NCBI GenBank assembly: GCA_963761885.1
Contig: CAVXIN010000003.1
Span: 489,508-553,507, forward strand
Direction: 5' to 3'
Source: an uncultured Gemmatimonadales bacterium
GTDB taxonomy: Bacteria > Gemmatimonadota > Gemmatimonadetes > Gemmatimonadales > GWC2-71-9
DNA: 64,000 bases
The notes beneath the pieces were generated by a model. The model was given only the letters and a program-made list of their open reading frames with translations. It searched no databases and was not told the origin of the DNA. This document shows, in pieces, positions 21,824 to 33,479 of this stretch (position 1 is its first letter; every line of letters begins with the position of its first letter). The translations under genes were made by a program, and so were the position numbers.

Positions 21824-22606
21824 TTGGCCCCGCCGGCCGCCGCGGTGACCGTCGGCTGCTCGCCGGTGTTGCTGTCCACCGATTCGATCCGCACCACGAT
21901 CGCGGTGATGTTGTCCAGCCCGCCCCGCCGGTTGGCCTCGGTGATCATCCGGTCCACCCAGTGCTGGGGGCCGCCGTCGGACGACAGGATCCGGATCAGG
22001 TGCTCGTCCTCCAGCATCCCGGTCAGCCCGTCGGACGCGATGAGCAGGATGTCGCCCTGCTCCAGGGTGCCGAAGTAGATGTCCGGGACCACGTCGCCGC
22101 TGGCGCCGACGCAGCGGGTGATCACGTTGCTGTAGGGGTGGACCCGGGCCTGGTCGGGCGTGAGCAGCCCGGCGTCCACCTGCTCCTGCACGTAGGAGTG
22201 GTCCTTGGTGAGCTGGAGCAGCTGGCCGCTCGCGCAGCAGGTAGGCCCGGCTGTCGCCCACCTGGCCGATCAGGTACCGGCGGGGCATGAGGACCAGCAC
22301 CGTCGCCGTCGTCCCCATGCCCCGCTTGTCGTGCTCCGAGAGCGTGCGCTCGAAGATCGCGTCGTTGGCGGCCCGGATCGCCGTCCGCATCCGGTCGCTC
22401 GCCTCGGCGTCGGACAGCCCGCGCAGCGAGCCGATCTCGTGCGACGTGATCCGCACCGCCATCTCGCTCGCCACCTCACCGGCCGCGTGCCCGCCCATGC
22501 CGTCCGCCACGATGAAGACGCCGCGGTCGGCCAGCATGAGGTAGTTGTCTTCGTTGCCCGAGCGGACGATGCCGACGTCGGTTCGAGCGGCACAGGTGAA
22601 GTGCAC
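21820..22606 (-). CDS. PP2C-family Ser/Thr phosphatase, one frame break near 22215
   Basis: ORF 21728..22606 N-terminus (RTDVGIVRSGNEDNY..VADGMGGHAAGEVAS..GMGTTATVL..VGDSRAYL). ORF 21820..22191 C-terminus (SDGLTGML..GGLDNITAIVV). Confidence 0.82.
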
Positions 22607-22615
22607 GAGGCCCCG

Positions 22616-23952
22616 TCAGCTCGAGGTCAGGAGGACATAGGCGATGACGATCGCGGCGAACACGACCAGCGCGATCAGCCAGGGGGCGGCCCGCTCGGCT
22701 TGGGCGCCGCGGCGCGGAGCGGGCGCCTGGCGGACCGGGGCTCGGCGGTGTCTCCTCGGCGCGCGGCGCCACCGCGGCCCAGGCCGGCATCGGTCTCCAC
22801 CTCGGGCCCGCTCCGCGCGGCGCCGGCGGGGCCGGGCTCGTCGTGGGGCTCGAACAGGGCCGCCACGTCGCCGAACCGGAGGGTGGTGCCCGGGGTGAGC
22901 GCGGTCTCGCCGGTCACCGGCTCGCCTTCGACGAAGGTGCCGTTGGTGGAGCCGAGATCGGTCAGGACCCAGACGTCGTCCTTGCGCTGCAGCTTGGCGT
23001 GGGTGGTGCTGACGCTCGGGTCGGCGATGACGATGTCGTTGTAGTCCGCCCGGCCGACGTTGACCACCGGCAGCGTGATCGGGCAGCCGGCGGCCGCGCA
23101 GCTCCCCGGTGCGCACCAGCAGCGACGCGATGGGCGCGATCCGGGAGCGCGCGGCTGACCGGTGTCGGCAGCGGGTCCCGGGGGAGCGACAGCGGAAGGC
23201 CGTGCATGGTGTCGGACAGGCGGGCGCTGGCGCCGGTCGGCGTGTGCAGCGGCCGCGTTCGGCGGGTAGCCGAGCGGGGCCCCATCGGCGCGGCGGCGGA
23301 GCGGCCTCGGCGTAGAAGCGGAACTCGTCGGTCCCGATCCGGATCACGTCGGCCCGCGCCAGCAGGTGGCGCCGGCCCACCCGCTTGCCGTTGACGTAGG
23401 TCCCGTTCACGCTCAGGTCCATCAGCACGTAGCCCTCGGCGCCCACCTGGATCTCGGCGTGCCGCCGGGAGACGTCGCCCGCGGTCACCACCACGTCCGA
23501 GGACGCATCGCGACCGAACACCAGCGGGCTCGGCCCCCACCGGGTACTCCCGGCCGTCGGTCAGGCAGACCAGCCGGCCACCCGCAGGCCCGACCGGCGG
23601 CTCGCTGGCGCTGGGCCGGAGGCAGGTCGGCGAAGGCGCCGGAGTCGAAGAGCTGGGTGTTCCCCGCCCGCTGCGGGTCCACCGCCAGGATCTCGTGGCC
23701 GAAGATCTGGATCTTGTCGCCGTGGAGCACCGGCGTCGGGTCGGTGCCCAGGCGCACGCCGTTGATGGACACCTCGGCGTCGGCCCCCGCCGTGCGAATC
23801 GCGGCGGCGCCCCCCGTGGTGCCCTGCACGACGGCATGGTGCGGCCGGACGCCCTCACCCTCGAGGACGATGGCACACCAGGGCGCCGAGCCTATGACAG
23901 TGTCTCCGGTGGCGACGGGTATCCGGCGGCCACCGACTTCGAGTTGCATCAT
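22616..23952 (-). CDS. Membrane-anchored protein with three FHA domains, at least 4 frame breaks
   Basis: FHA 1 in ORF 23485..23985 (TVIGSAPWCAIVL..VSINGVRL..GDKIQIFGHEI). FHA 2 in ORF 22616..23521 (FGRDASSDVVV..VSRRHAEI..DLSVNGTYVNG..IRIGTDEFRF). FHA 3 in ORF 22675..23067 (VNVGRADYNDIVI..STTHAKL..DLGSTNGTFVEG..LRFGDV). C-terminal transmembrane segment PWLIALVVFAAIVIAYVLL. Confidence 0.7.
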
Positions 23953-24024
23953 TGATCGGATCCCGAAGGCTGAACCGGATGCCAAACGTATCCCGGGCTC
24001 CGGGGGCAGGCAAGCAAAATCGTC

Positions 24025-25807
24025 TCAGGCAATCTTGCGGACCTCCTGGCCCCTGAGCTGCAGCTGGTACAGTCGCTCGTAGAGTCCGCCCGCCGCCAGC
24101 AGCTCGCGGTGCGTGCCCCGCTCCCGGATCTCCCCGTGGTGCAGCACCAGGATTTCGTCGGCGTGCAGGATCGTGCTGAGCCGGTGGGCCACCACCAGGC
24201 TGGTGCGCCCCGCCATCAACTCGGCGATCGCGCGCTGGATCTGCGCCTCCGCTTCCGCGTCCACCGAGCTGGTGGCCTCGTCCAGCACCAGGATGCGGGG
24301 GTCCAGCGCCAGCGCGCGGGCGAAGCTCAGCAGCTGGCGCTCGCCGACGCTGAGGCTCCGGCCCCGCTCGCCCAGCCGGTGCCCATAGCCGGTAGGCAGC
24401 CGCTCGATGAACCGGTCCGCTCCCACCCGCTCGGCCGCGAGCCGCGCCGCCTCGGCGGTGATCGGCGCCCCCAGGGTCAGGTTGTGCAGGATGTCGCCGG
24501 TGAAGAGGAAGAGGTCCTGCTGCACGAAGCCGATCGCGGACCGGAGGTCGGCCGTGGTGAGCTCCCGGATGTCCACGCCGTCCACGGTGATCCGGCCCCG
24601 CTCGGGATCGTAGAACCGGAGCAGCAGGTTGACGATCGTCGTCTTGCCGGCGCCGGTGTGACCCACCAGTGCGAGGGTGCGGCCTGGAGAGGCGGTGAAC
24701 GAGATGTCCTTGAGCACCCACTGGCCGTCCGGCGAGTAGCGGAACCAGACGCCTTCGAATCGAACCTCGCCCAGGACCGGGCGAGGAAGTGACCGGGGAT
24801 CGGCGGGCTCGCGCACCACCACCGGCTCGTCGAGCAGCGCGAAGACCCGCTCGGACGAGGCCATCGCGCTCTGCAGCAGGTTGAACTTCTCGGAGAGGTC
24901 CTGCAGCGGCTGGAAGAATCGCCGGGTGTACTGGATGAACGCGGCGAGGACCCCCACCGTGAGCGTGCCGTCCAGGGCCCGGAGACCGCCATACCAGAGG
25001 AGGAGCGCCATCGCGACGGCGGTCAGCACCTCGACCACCGGAAAGAAGATGGCGTACACCGTGATCGACCTGAGGTGCGCCGCGAGATGCTCGCGGTTGA
25101 GCTCGGCGAATCGCGCCGGCGGACGCGGCCTCCCGCCCGAACAGCTGTACCACCCGCATCCCGCTCAGCCGCTCCTGGAGGAAGGAGTTGAGCCGGGCCA
25201 GCCGGTAGCGGATGTCCCGGAATGACTCCCGGACCCGCCGGCGGAAGAGCGCGGCCGTGAGCCAGACCAGGGGGATCACCGCGAAGGTCACCAGGGCGAG
25301 CTTGACGTCGATCACCAGCATCATGCCCATGATCGCGACCAGGGTGAACACGTCGCCGAAGATGGTGACCACGCCGGACGAGAACAGCTCGTTCAGCGTC
25401 TCCACGTCGGACGTGACCCGGGTCATCAGCCGGCCCACCGGGTTGCGGTCGAAGTAGGTGACGCTGAGCCGCTGGAGGTGGCCGAAGATCTCCATCCGGA
25501 GATCGTACATCACCCGCTGGCCGACGAACGTCGTGAGCAGCGTCCCGCCGTACTCCACCACCAGGTCGAACAGGATGGCGGCCAGGTAGAGGCTGGCCAG
25601 CAGGCCGAGCAGGCCGAGGTCGCCACGCGGAATGGCGACGTCCAGCGCGCGCTCGGTCAGGCGGGGGCCCACCAGGGCGAGTCCCGACTGGACCAGCAGC
25701 AGCAGCACCGCCGCCGCGGCGAGCCCGCGGTAGGGTCGGAGGTAGCGGAGCAGGCGCCGCATGAGGGCGGCGTCGTACCTGGCGGGGAGATCCTGGTCGT
25801 CCGACAT
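24025..25807 (-). CDS. ABC exporter, fused permease/ATPase (MsbA/multidrug-like), one frame break near 25100
   Basis: The transmembrane-domain N-terminus is in ORF 23855..25807. The NBD is in ORF 24025..25059 (GHTGAGKTTIVNLL, LSVGERQLLSFARAL, ILVLDEATSSVD). Confidence 0.85.
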
Positions 25808-25813
25808 CGCCCG

Positions 25814-26880
25814 CTATCCGCCCGTCGGCTCGGCCACGGCGCCCTGGTCGATCGACTTGAGCCCTTGGCGGAGCCATCCCGAGAACACCACGAAGCCGAA
25901 GGCGAGGGTGAAGTAGGTGAGCGTGAGCCGCCAGATCAGGATGTAGATCGGCGTCAGCTCCCGCGGCACGTAGGACGACATCACCGCGGCGGAAAGCACC
26001 TCGCCGATGCCCGAGGCCCCTGGCGTCGGGGCGAAGTAGAGCAGGAACATCACCAGCGTCTGCACCAGCAGGATGTCCACGAAGTTGGCGTGCATGCCGA
26101 TCGCGCGGAGCGCGACGTAGCCCGCCAGCAGCTTGTTCGCGTGGGAGACGGCGGACAGGATGGTGGACCAGAAGATGGCCAGCCAGCCGCGCGGGCTGTT
26201 GAACGCCACCACGCTGAGGTGGGCTTCGTCGATCCCGGCGCGGAGGCGCTCGAGCCGCTCGGCGACGCGCTGGCTCCGGCGCCCGATGGCTTCGGCGGCC
26301 CGGTGGATCAGGTCGCGCACCAGCCGGGGAGCGAAGATGACGAGCGCCATCAGCAGGCCGATCGCGCCCACGATCGTGAGGCTGCCGAGGAACAGGTCGT
26401 AGAGCGAGAGGCCGAGGACGTTGCCCCGCTGGCCCAGCGCCCTTCCCGCGCCCCGAACACCAGCGCCAGTGGCCCCGCGATCGCGAAGAACAGCACGGTC
26501 GAGACGAAGCTGATGAAGGTGGACGTCACCGCGACCGGCAGCGGAATGCCGTAGCGGCGGAGGGTGTACATCGTCATCGGCCCCGCGCCGGAGTTGAGCG
26601 GCGTGAGGAACCCGGCCCAGGCCCCCATCCCGCCGGCCAGGATGCATCCCTTGAGCGAGGGCCGGGGGAACACGTGGCGGGCGCAGATCCAGAGCCGGAG
26701 ACCGCCACCGATCCAGTCCATCGAGGCCAGCGCGGCTCCCGGTCAGCACCCAGCCCCAATGGACTCCGGCCGAGGCCGCGCAGAAAGGCGGGGAGGTCGT
26801 TGCCGTAGAGCAGCGTGATCCCGAAGCCGGCCATCGAGGCCAGCACCGAGAACTCGAACCCGCGGAGGAGGAATTTGGGG
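25814..26880 (-). CDS. Flippase-like / lysylphosphatidylglycerol-synthase TM-region family (UPF0104) membrane protein, several frame breaks; start unresolved
   Basis: The C-terminal 250 aa of ORF 25814..27220 are polytopic (LLVQTLVMFLLYFAPTPGASGIGE...). N-terminal pieces lie in ORFs 26350..26721 and 26574..26966. Confidence 0.55.
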
Positions 26881-26890
26881 GTGACAGCAA

Positions 26891-27047
26891 GGCGGGACGA
26901 AGAGTGCAGGGCGGGAGAAGGTAGGGCGGACGGGCGGACGGGCGGACGGGCGGACGGGCGGACCACGGACGAGCAGCAGCGTTCCCGATATTTCCGTCCC
27001 GATCCGCCCGTGCCCTTCCGCCTGTCCGCCCTTCCGCCTTCCGCCCG
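26891..27047. repeat. Octamer-repeat / inverted-arm element, copy B (divergent intergenic region)
   Basis: Five perfect GGGCGGAC units (26924-26963), a 40-nt spacer, then the C-rich arm CCGCCCGTGCCCTTCCGCCTGTCCGCCCTTCCGCCTTCCGCCCG (about 27004-27047). The arm closely matches the copy A arm. Confidence 0.75.
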
Positions 27048-27083
27048 AAACTATCCCGAAGCCGCGTCCCGCTATGTTCCGCC

Positions 27084-29897
27084 GTGGCCGATTCCGTCAT
27101 CCGCATCGTCAACGCCCGCCAGCACAATCTGCAGGGCGTCACCGTCGACCTGCCCCACCGCGCGCTCACGGTCGTCACCGGTCCCTCCGGCTCGGGCAAG
27201 AGCACGCTGGCCTTCGACACGCTCTACGCCGAGGGGCAGCGCCGGTACATCGAGTCGCTCTCCACCTACGCCAAGCAGTTCCTCGACCGGATGCCCAAGC
27301 CGCTGGTGGACCGGCTGGAGGGCATCGCGCCGTCGGTCGCCATCGAGCAGCGCAACCCGATGGTCTCCAGCCGCTCCACCGTCGGCACCGCCACCGAGGT
27401 GTACGACTACCTGCGGCTCCTCTGGGCCCGGATCGGCCGGAGCTTCTGCCGGGCCTGCGGCGCGCCGGTGCGCCGGGACACGCCCCAGTCGGCCGCCGAC
27501 GAGATCGTCGCCGCGGGAGCGGCCCGGGTCCAGATCGCCTTTCCCCTGCCTCCGGTGGCCCGGCTGGCGCATGCCGCGGTGGTGGAGAACCTGCGCGCCC
27601 TGGGCTTCGTCCGGGTCGATCGCCGACGGCGTCGCCGCACCACCTCGACGAGCTGCCCGCCCTCACTCGACCTGACCCGCGCCGGCGAGCTGCTGGTGGT
27701 GGTGGATCGCCTCGGCGGGCCGGCTGCAGCACTGGGCCGGCTCTCGGAGGCCGTGGCGGTCGCGTTCCAGGAGGGCGAAGGCATCGCCCTCGCGCTGCAC
27801 GACGGCGGGCGGCTCCGGTTCACCCGGTGGCCCGCCTGCAGCGCGTGCGACACGCCCGCCGCGACCGTCACCCCCGCCCTCTTCTCGTTCAACAATCCCC
27901 GCGGCGCCTGCGCGGCCTGCAACGGCTTCGGCGCGGTGCTGGAGTACGACGAGTCGCTGGTCGTGCCCGATCCCGGCCGGAGCCTGGCCGAGGGCGCCAT
28001 CGATCCCTGGACCAAGCCGCGCTACGAGACCCGGCGGAAGATGCTGCTCGAGCGCGCGCAGAGTCTGGGCGCCGATCCGACCAAGCCGTGGCACAAGCTC
28101 AAGGCCGCACACCGGCGCGAGCTGCTCTACGGCCGGAAGGGCCGGTACGTCGGGATCTTCCCCTTCCTCAAGGATCTGGAGGAGAAGCGCTACAAGCAGT
28201 ACATCCGCGTCTTCCTCCGGCAGTATCAGCTCGCCAAGACCTGCGGCGAGTGCGGCGGGGCCCGGCTCAACCCCGACGCGCTGGCGGTGCGGATCGGCCG
28301 CGAGACCATCGCCGACGTCGCGGGCCGCCCGATCGACGCGATCCACGAATGGCTCGGCGGCGCTCGAGCTCACGCCGTTCGAGCGCGAGGTGGCGCACCT
28401 CGTGCTGGACCAGCTCGACGCGCGGCTCGGCTTCCTGCGCGACGTCGGCCTCGGCTATCTCACGCTCGACCGGCAGACCCGCACGCTCTCCGGCGGCGAG
28501 GCCCAGCGGATCTCCCTCTCCAACGCGCTCGGCTCCCGGCTGGTGGACACGCTCTACGTGCTCGACGAGCCGTCGGTCGGGCCTGCACCCGCGCGACACC
28601 GACCGCCTGCTGGCGCTGCTCCGCCGGCTGCGCGACGGCGGCAACACCGTCGTCGTGGTCGAGCACGATCTCGCCGCGATCCAGCAGGCCGACTTCATGC
28701 TCGAGCTCGGGCCCGGGCTCGGGCGATCACGGCGGGCGGGTGGTGCACGCCGGCCCGGTCGTCCGGCGCGACGCAATCGCTCACCGGGCAGTACCTCACC
28801 GGGCAGAAGCGGATCGCCGTGCCGAGCGCGCGGCGGCCGGCCGGCCCGCTCTGGCTCAAGGTCCGCGGCGCGCGGCTGCACAACCTGCGCGGCGTGGACG
28901 TGGACATCCCGCTCGAGCGCGCTCACCGCGGTGACCGGCGTCTCGCGGGTCCGGCAAGAGCACGCTGCTCTACGACGTGATCTATCGAAATCTCGAGGGC
29001 AGGCTCCACGGCGGGCATTCGGCCAAGTCGCACCTGGGCGAGGCGGTGGGCGAGGTCGCGTCGCTCACCGGGCTGGGAGCTGCTCAAGGACGTGCTGCTG
29101 ATCGACCAGTCGCCGATCGGACGCTCGCCGCGCTCGAACCCGATCACCTACATCAAGGCGTTCGACGAGATCCGCGAGCTGTTCGCCGCACAGCCGCTGG
29201 CGCGCCAGCGGAAGTACACCGCCAGCACCTTCTCGTTCAACATGCCCGGCGGGCGGTGCGAGGAGTGCGAGGGGGCGGGGCACGTGCAGGTGGAGATGGT
29301 CTTCCTGGCCGACGTCTTCGTGCCGTGCGAGGCCTGCGGCGGCACCCGCTATCGGCGCGGACGTGCTCGACGTGCGGATCCAGGGCCAATCCATCCACGA
29401 CGTGCTGCAGTGGACCGTGGAGGAGGCGATCGCCCGGTTCCGCCACCAGCCCAGGCTGGGCACGGCGCTCTGGCACCTGCAGCAGGTCGGGCTCGGCTAC
29501 CTGCGGCTGGGGCAGCCGGCGACGACGCTGTCGGGCGGCGAGGCGCAGCGGCTCAAGATCGCGCGCGAGCTGATCCAGGCCGGCAAGCGCGAGGGCCGCA
29601 AGCTCTACATCCTCGACGAGCCCACGACCGGCCTGCATCTCGACGACGTGCGGGTGCTGATGCAGGTGCTCGACCGGCTGGTGGACGCGGGACACACGGT
29701 GGTCGTCATCGAGCATCACCTCGACGTCATCAAGCGCGCCGACTGGGTGGTGGATCTCGGGCCCGAGGCCGGAGACGCCGGCGGGCGGGTGGTCGCGCAG
29801 GGCACGCCCGAGGCGGTCGCCGAGTGCGACCGAGTCCCACACCGCGGCGCTATCTGCGGCCGCTGCTCTGTCCCGGCGCACGCCCTGGCGGCGCTGA
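27084..29897 (+). CDS. uvrA: Excinuclease ABC subunit A (UvrA), many frame breaks; 3' end approximate
   Basis: GTG at 27084. Motifs: [81 protein letters not shown]-like, [53 protein letters not shown]. The pieces are spread over all three frames. A TGA at 29895-29897 in the third frame is the most plausible stop. Confidence 0.85.
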
Positions 29898-29932
29898 GCC
29901 GGCTGACCGCGCGGCGGCCCAGCTCCGTCACG

Positions 29933-31365
29933 CTACCCAGCGCGGCCGCCGCTCCCCGAATCATCTCCCACGCTTCCTCCACGTGGCGCCGCTCGGTGCC
30001 ACGCTGGCCCACCACCAGACGGATGACGTAGCGGCCGCCGAGCCGCGTGTGGGTGAGAATGCACGCGGCGGCTCGCGTTCACCCGCGCGAGCAGGCGCTC
30101 GTTGAGCACGTCCCGCTCGGCTTCCGCTCACGCCCCGGGGCGGTACCGCGAAAGCACACCAGGCCGAACGGCACCGGCGCGACCACCTCGAACTCGGGCT
30201 CCTCGTCGATCCAGGCCGCCAGCTCCGCGGCCAGCGCGACGTGCCGCGCGGATGATCGCCTGCAGACCCTCGACACCGTAGCTCCGGAGCACGAACCAGA
30301 GCTTGAGCGCCCGGAAGCGGCGGCCGAGCTGGATGCCCCAGTCGCGGAAGTTGACGACCTCCGGCATCGTGACGCGGTGCGCAGGTACTCCGGCGTGAGG
30401 CTGGAACGCGCGCAGCAGCGCCTCGCGGTCCCGGACGTAGTAGGCGGTGCAGTCGAAGTTGGTCAGCAGCCACTTGTGCGGATTGAGCACGATGCTGTCG
30501 GCCCGGTCCATCCCCGCGAAGCGATCGCGCAGCTCGGGCACGATCGCCGCGGCGCCCGCGTAGGCGGCGTCCACGTGCAGCCAGACGCCGTGGCGCCGGC
30601 AGATGCTCGGCGATCGCGGGCACCGGGTCGATCGCGGTGGACGAGGTGGTGCCGATCGACGCGACGACGCACGCCGGCCTGAGTCCCGGCGGCGATGTCC
30701 TCGCTGGATCGCGCGCTCCAGCGCCGCGGGATCGCAGCGCGAAGGCCGCGTCGCCCGGGATCTGCCGCAGCCGATCCAGCCCGTAGCCGGCGAGCTTCAC
30801 GCCCTTGTCCACCGAGGAATGCGCCTCGGCCGAGGCGTACACCGCGAGTGCCGGGCCGCGCCGGCCAGACCCTCGGCGGCCGGCGTCGCCTCCGGTGGCG
30901 CGCTCGCGCGCGGTCGAGCAGCGCCACCAGCGTCGCGGTGGAGGCGGTGTCCTGGATGACGCCGACGAACTCCTCCGGCAGCCCGATCATCTGCCGGAGC
31001 CAGTCCATCACCACCTGCTCCAGCTCGGTGGCCGCGGGCGAGGTCGCCCAGGACATGCACTGGGCGCCCATGCGCCGCGGTGAGCATCTCGCCGAGGATC
31101 GACGGCGGGCTGTTGTTGCCGGGGAAGTAGGCGAACCACCCCGGGTGGTTCCAATGCGTCATCCCCGGGACGATCAGCTCGCGGAAGTCGCGGAACAGCG
31201 CCTCGAACGGCTCGCCGGCGGCGGGCGGCGCCGTCGGGCAGGCGGCGGCGGATGTCGCCCGGGCGCACGTCCGGCGTGATCGGAAGCTCGCCCACGCCGG
31301 CGCAGATAGTCGGCCATCCAGTCCACCAGCGCGTGGCCGTGCCGCCGGAATTCTTCGGGGTGCAT
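29933..31365 (-). CDS. Group II PLP-dependent decarboxylase (aromatic-L-amino-acid / tyrosine decarboxylase-like), many frame breaks; 3' end approximate
   Basis: [21 protein letters not shown] (start at 31365), [95 protein letters not shown]. The fragments lie in several minus ORFs. Confidence 0.7.
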
Positions 31366-31450
31366 CGGCCAAAGCGAACGCGCTCCTCGCACGCGCGTCA
31401 AGGATCGCGCTCGAGCGCTACCTTTCGCCGTTCCGTTTCGAAAGGATGTC

Positions 31451-32324
31451 GTGCGCGCCGGCTCCGCTTGGGGCGGGCTGGGGTGGATGCTGCTCGCCCA
31501 GCTCTGCTTCGCCGCGATGAACGTCTTCACCAGACTCGGCGCGCGGCACCTGCCGTGGGCCGAGATCGCGTCGGCGCGCTTTCTGTCGGCGCGGCCGTGG
31601 CCGTCGCGACTCGCGATCGCGCGCGGCGCGTCGCTGCGGGTCACCGACCGGGCCGGCAGCTGGCGCCGCAGCGTGTTCGGCACCCTCGCGGCCATCGGCG
31701 CCTTCTACTCGCTGGCGTCGCCCAGGGTCAGCGTGGGCGACGCCGCGACGCTGGGCGCGACCGGCGCCGATCTTCGTGGCGCTGCTCTCGGGGCCGCTGC
31801 TCGGCGAGCGCGGTCGGCCGCCGGCTCGGCCTCGCCGTCGCCCTCGCCTTCGCGGGCATCGTCGCTGCTGGTCCGCCCGTCCTTCACCTCCGCCGCGCCC
31901 GTGGCGCTGGTCGCGACCGTGGGCGCGTTCTTCTATGCGCTCGCGATGATCTGGCTCCGCCGGATCGGCCCCGGCGAGAGCCACGAGGCGGTGGTCCTGC
32001 ACTTCTCGCTGGTGGCGCTCGCCACCATGCTGCTGCTGGCTATTCCCGTCCTGGACCTGGCCCGACGGCACCGGCGCCCTGTACCTGCTCGGCGCCGGGC
32101 TCGGCGGCGGCGGCGGACAGATCGCGATGACGCGGGCCTACTCGCTCCACCGCGCCACGCCCGTGACCGCGCTCGAGCAACTCGGGGTCGTCTTCACCTA
32201 CCTGCTCGCGCTGCCGCTCTTCCCCGACCGGCCCACCGCGTGGCAGGTCGCCGGCTCGATGTTGGTGCTCGCGGCGACGGCGCTGGTCGGCGCCTCGGCG
32301 GCGGCCTCGAACCGCCGCGGCTGA
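31451..32324 (+). CDS. EamA/DMT-family transporter, several frame breaks
   Basis: N-terminus WMLLAQLCFAAMNVFTRLGARHLPWAEIASARF. C-terminus in ORF 32127..32324 (TRAYSLHRATPVTALEQLGVVFTYLLALPLF). It is divergent from the decarboxylase. Confidence 0.65.
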
Positions 32325-32338
32325 TTATCTTTTCGGCC

Positions 32339-32985
32339 ATGACCGCACGACCGCTCGCCGTGTCGGCCTGGACTACGATCCGATCCTGGCATGCCGCCAT
32401 CTCGCGGACTCCGATCCGGCACTCGGCGCGCTCATCGCGCGGGTGGGGCCCTACGGTCTCCGGCCCCGGCCGACCCAGAGCCTCTTCGCCGCGGTGGCCC
32501 GGGCCATCGTGTACCAGCAGCTCTCCGGCGCCGCGGCCGCGACGATCCTCGGCCGGGTGGTCGCGCTCTATGCGCCCAAGCGATTCCCCACCCCGCGCGA
32601 CATCCTCGACACCCCGCCCGAGCGGCTCCGCGCCGCCGGACTCTCCACCGCCAAGACCGCCGCGCTGCGCGATCTCGCGGCGCGGAGCCTGGATCGGACC
32701 GTGCCCCCCATGGCGGCGGTGCGCCGGATGAGCGACGAGGAGATCATCGAGCGGCTGATCCAGGTCCGGGGCGTCGGACGTTGGACCGCCGAGATGTTGC
32801 TGATGTTCCGGCTGGGACGGGGCGACGTGCTGCCGGTCAGCGATCTGGGCATTCGGAAGGGATTCGCGCTCACGTTCGGCGTTCGGCGTCTGCCAGCCGC
32901 GGTGACCATCGAGCGGCGCGCGCAGCGTTGGCGTCCATACCGTTCGGTCGCGTGCTGGTATCTCTGGCGCGCGTGCGACCTCTGA
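32339..32985 (+). CDS. DNA-3-methyladenine glycosylase II family (AlkA-like, HhH-GPD), one frame break near 32360
   Basis: ORF 32443..32985: QLSGAAAATILGRV..., LSTAKTAALRDLA, the HhH-GPD motif VRGVGRWTAEMLLMF..GDVLPVSDLGIRKG, and WRPYRSVACWYLW. Confidence 0.75.
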
Positions 32986-33047
32986 CGCGGAGGGACTGGT
33001 GACGAACGAACCGAGCCACGCCGGGCCACGAGCCCGGTCTCGAGACC

Positions 33048-33479
33048 GTGGAGATGGTGTGCGATCGGCTCGCAGAGCTCGGCCTTGCCGTCGGACCCGA
33101 TACGGCCCGCGCGCTGCTGCGGGAGATCCTGGCCGCCGAGGCGCCGCGGGTGGACGCGCGGCTGCGCGACGCGCTCGACACCTCGCTGCAGACCATCCGC
33201 ATCGCGACCCAGTCGGCGATGGGACTGCTGGCCACCACGGCCTCGGACAATCGGCCCAAGGAGTCGCCGGGCCGGGACAGCTCCACGTCTCTCGCCGCCC
33301 GCCCCCGCAGGTGGCGGCTCCGGCGCCGGCGGCGAAACCCGCCCCGGCAGCTCGACGCCCGCCGCCGACGCCGGAGCCCAAGAAGGCCGAGCCGCGCGCA
33401 TCGGGACCGCGCCGCCCGCGCATCGAGTTCGACGAGGAGGAGCGGCGGCCCATGTTCCGGCGTCCCGGGGCGCCGCTAG
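33048..33479 (+). CDS. Hypothetical protein (helical N-terminus, Pro/Ala-rich tail); frame and 3' end uncertain
   Basis: The first ~70 aa of ORF 33048..33479 look coding (CDRLAELGLAVGPDTARALLREILAAEAPRVDARLRDALDTSLQTIRIATQSAMGLL). The Arg-rich tail looks out of frame. The alternative frame reads PAPAAKPAPA..PKKAEP..IEFDEEE. Confidence 0.3.
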   Translation: MEMVCDRLAELGLAVGPDTARALLREILAAEAPRVDARLRDALDTSLQTIRIATQSAMGLLATTASDNRPKESPGRDSSTSLAARPRRWRLRRRRRNPPRQLDARRRRRSPRRPSRAHRDRAARASSSTRRSGGPCSGVPGRR

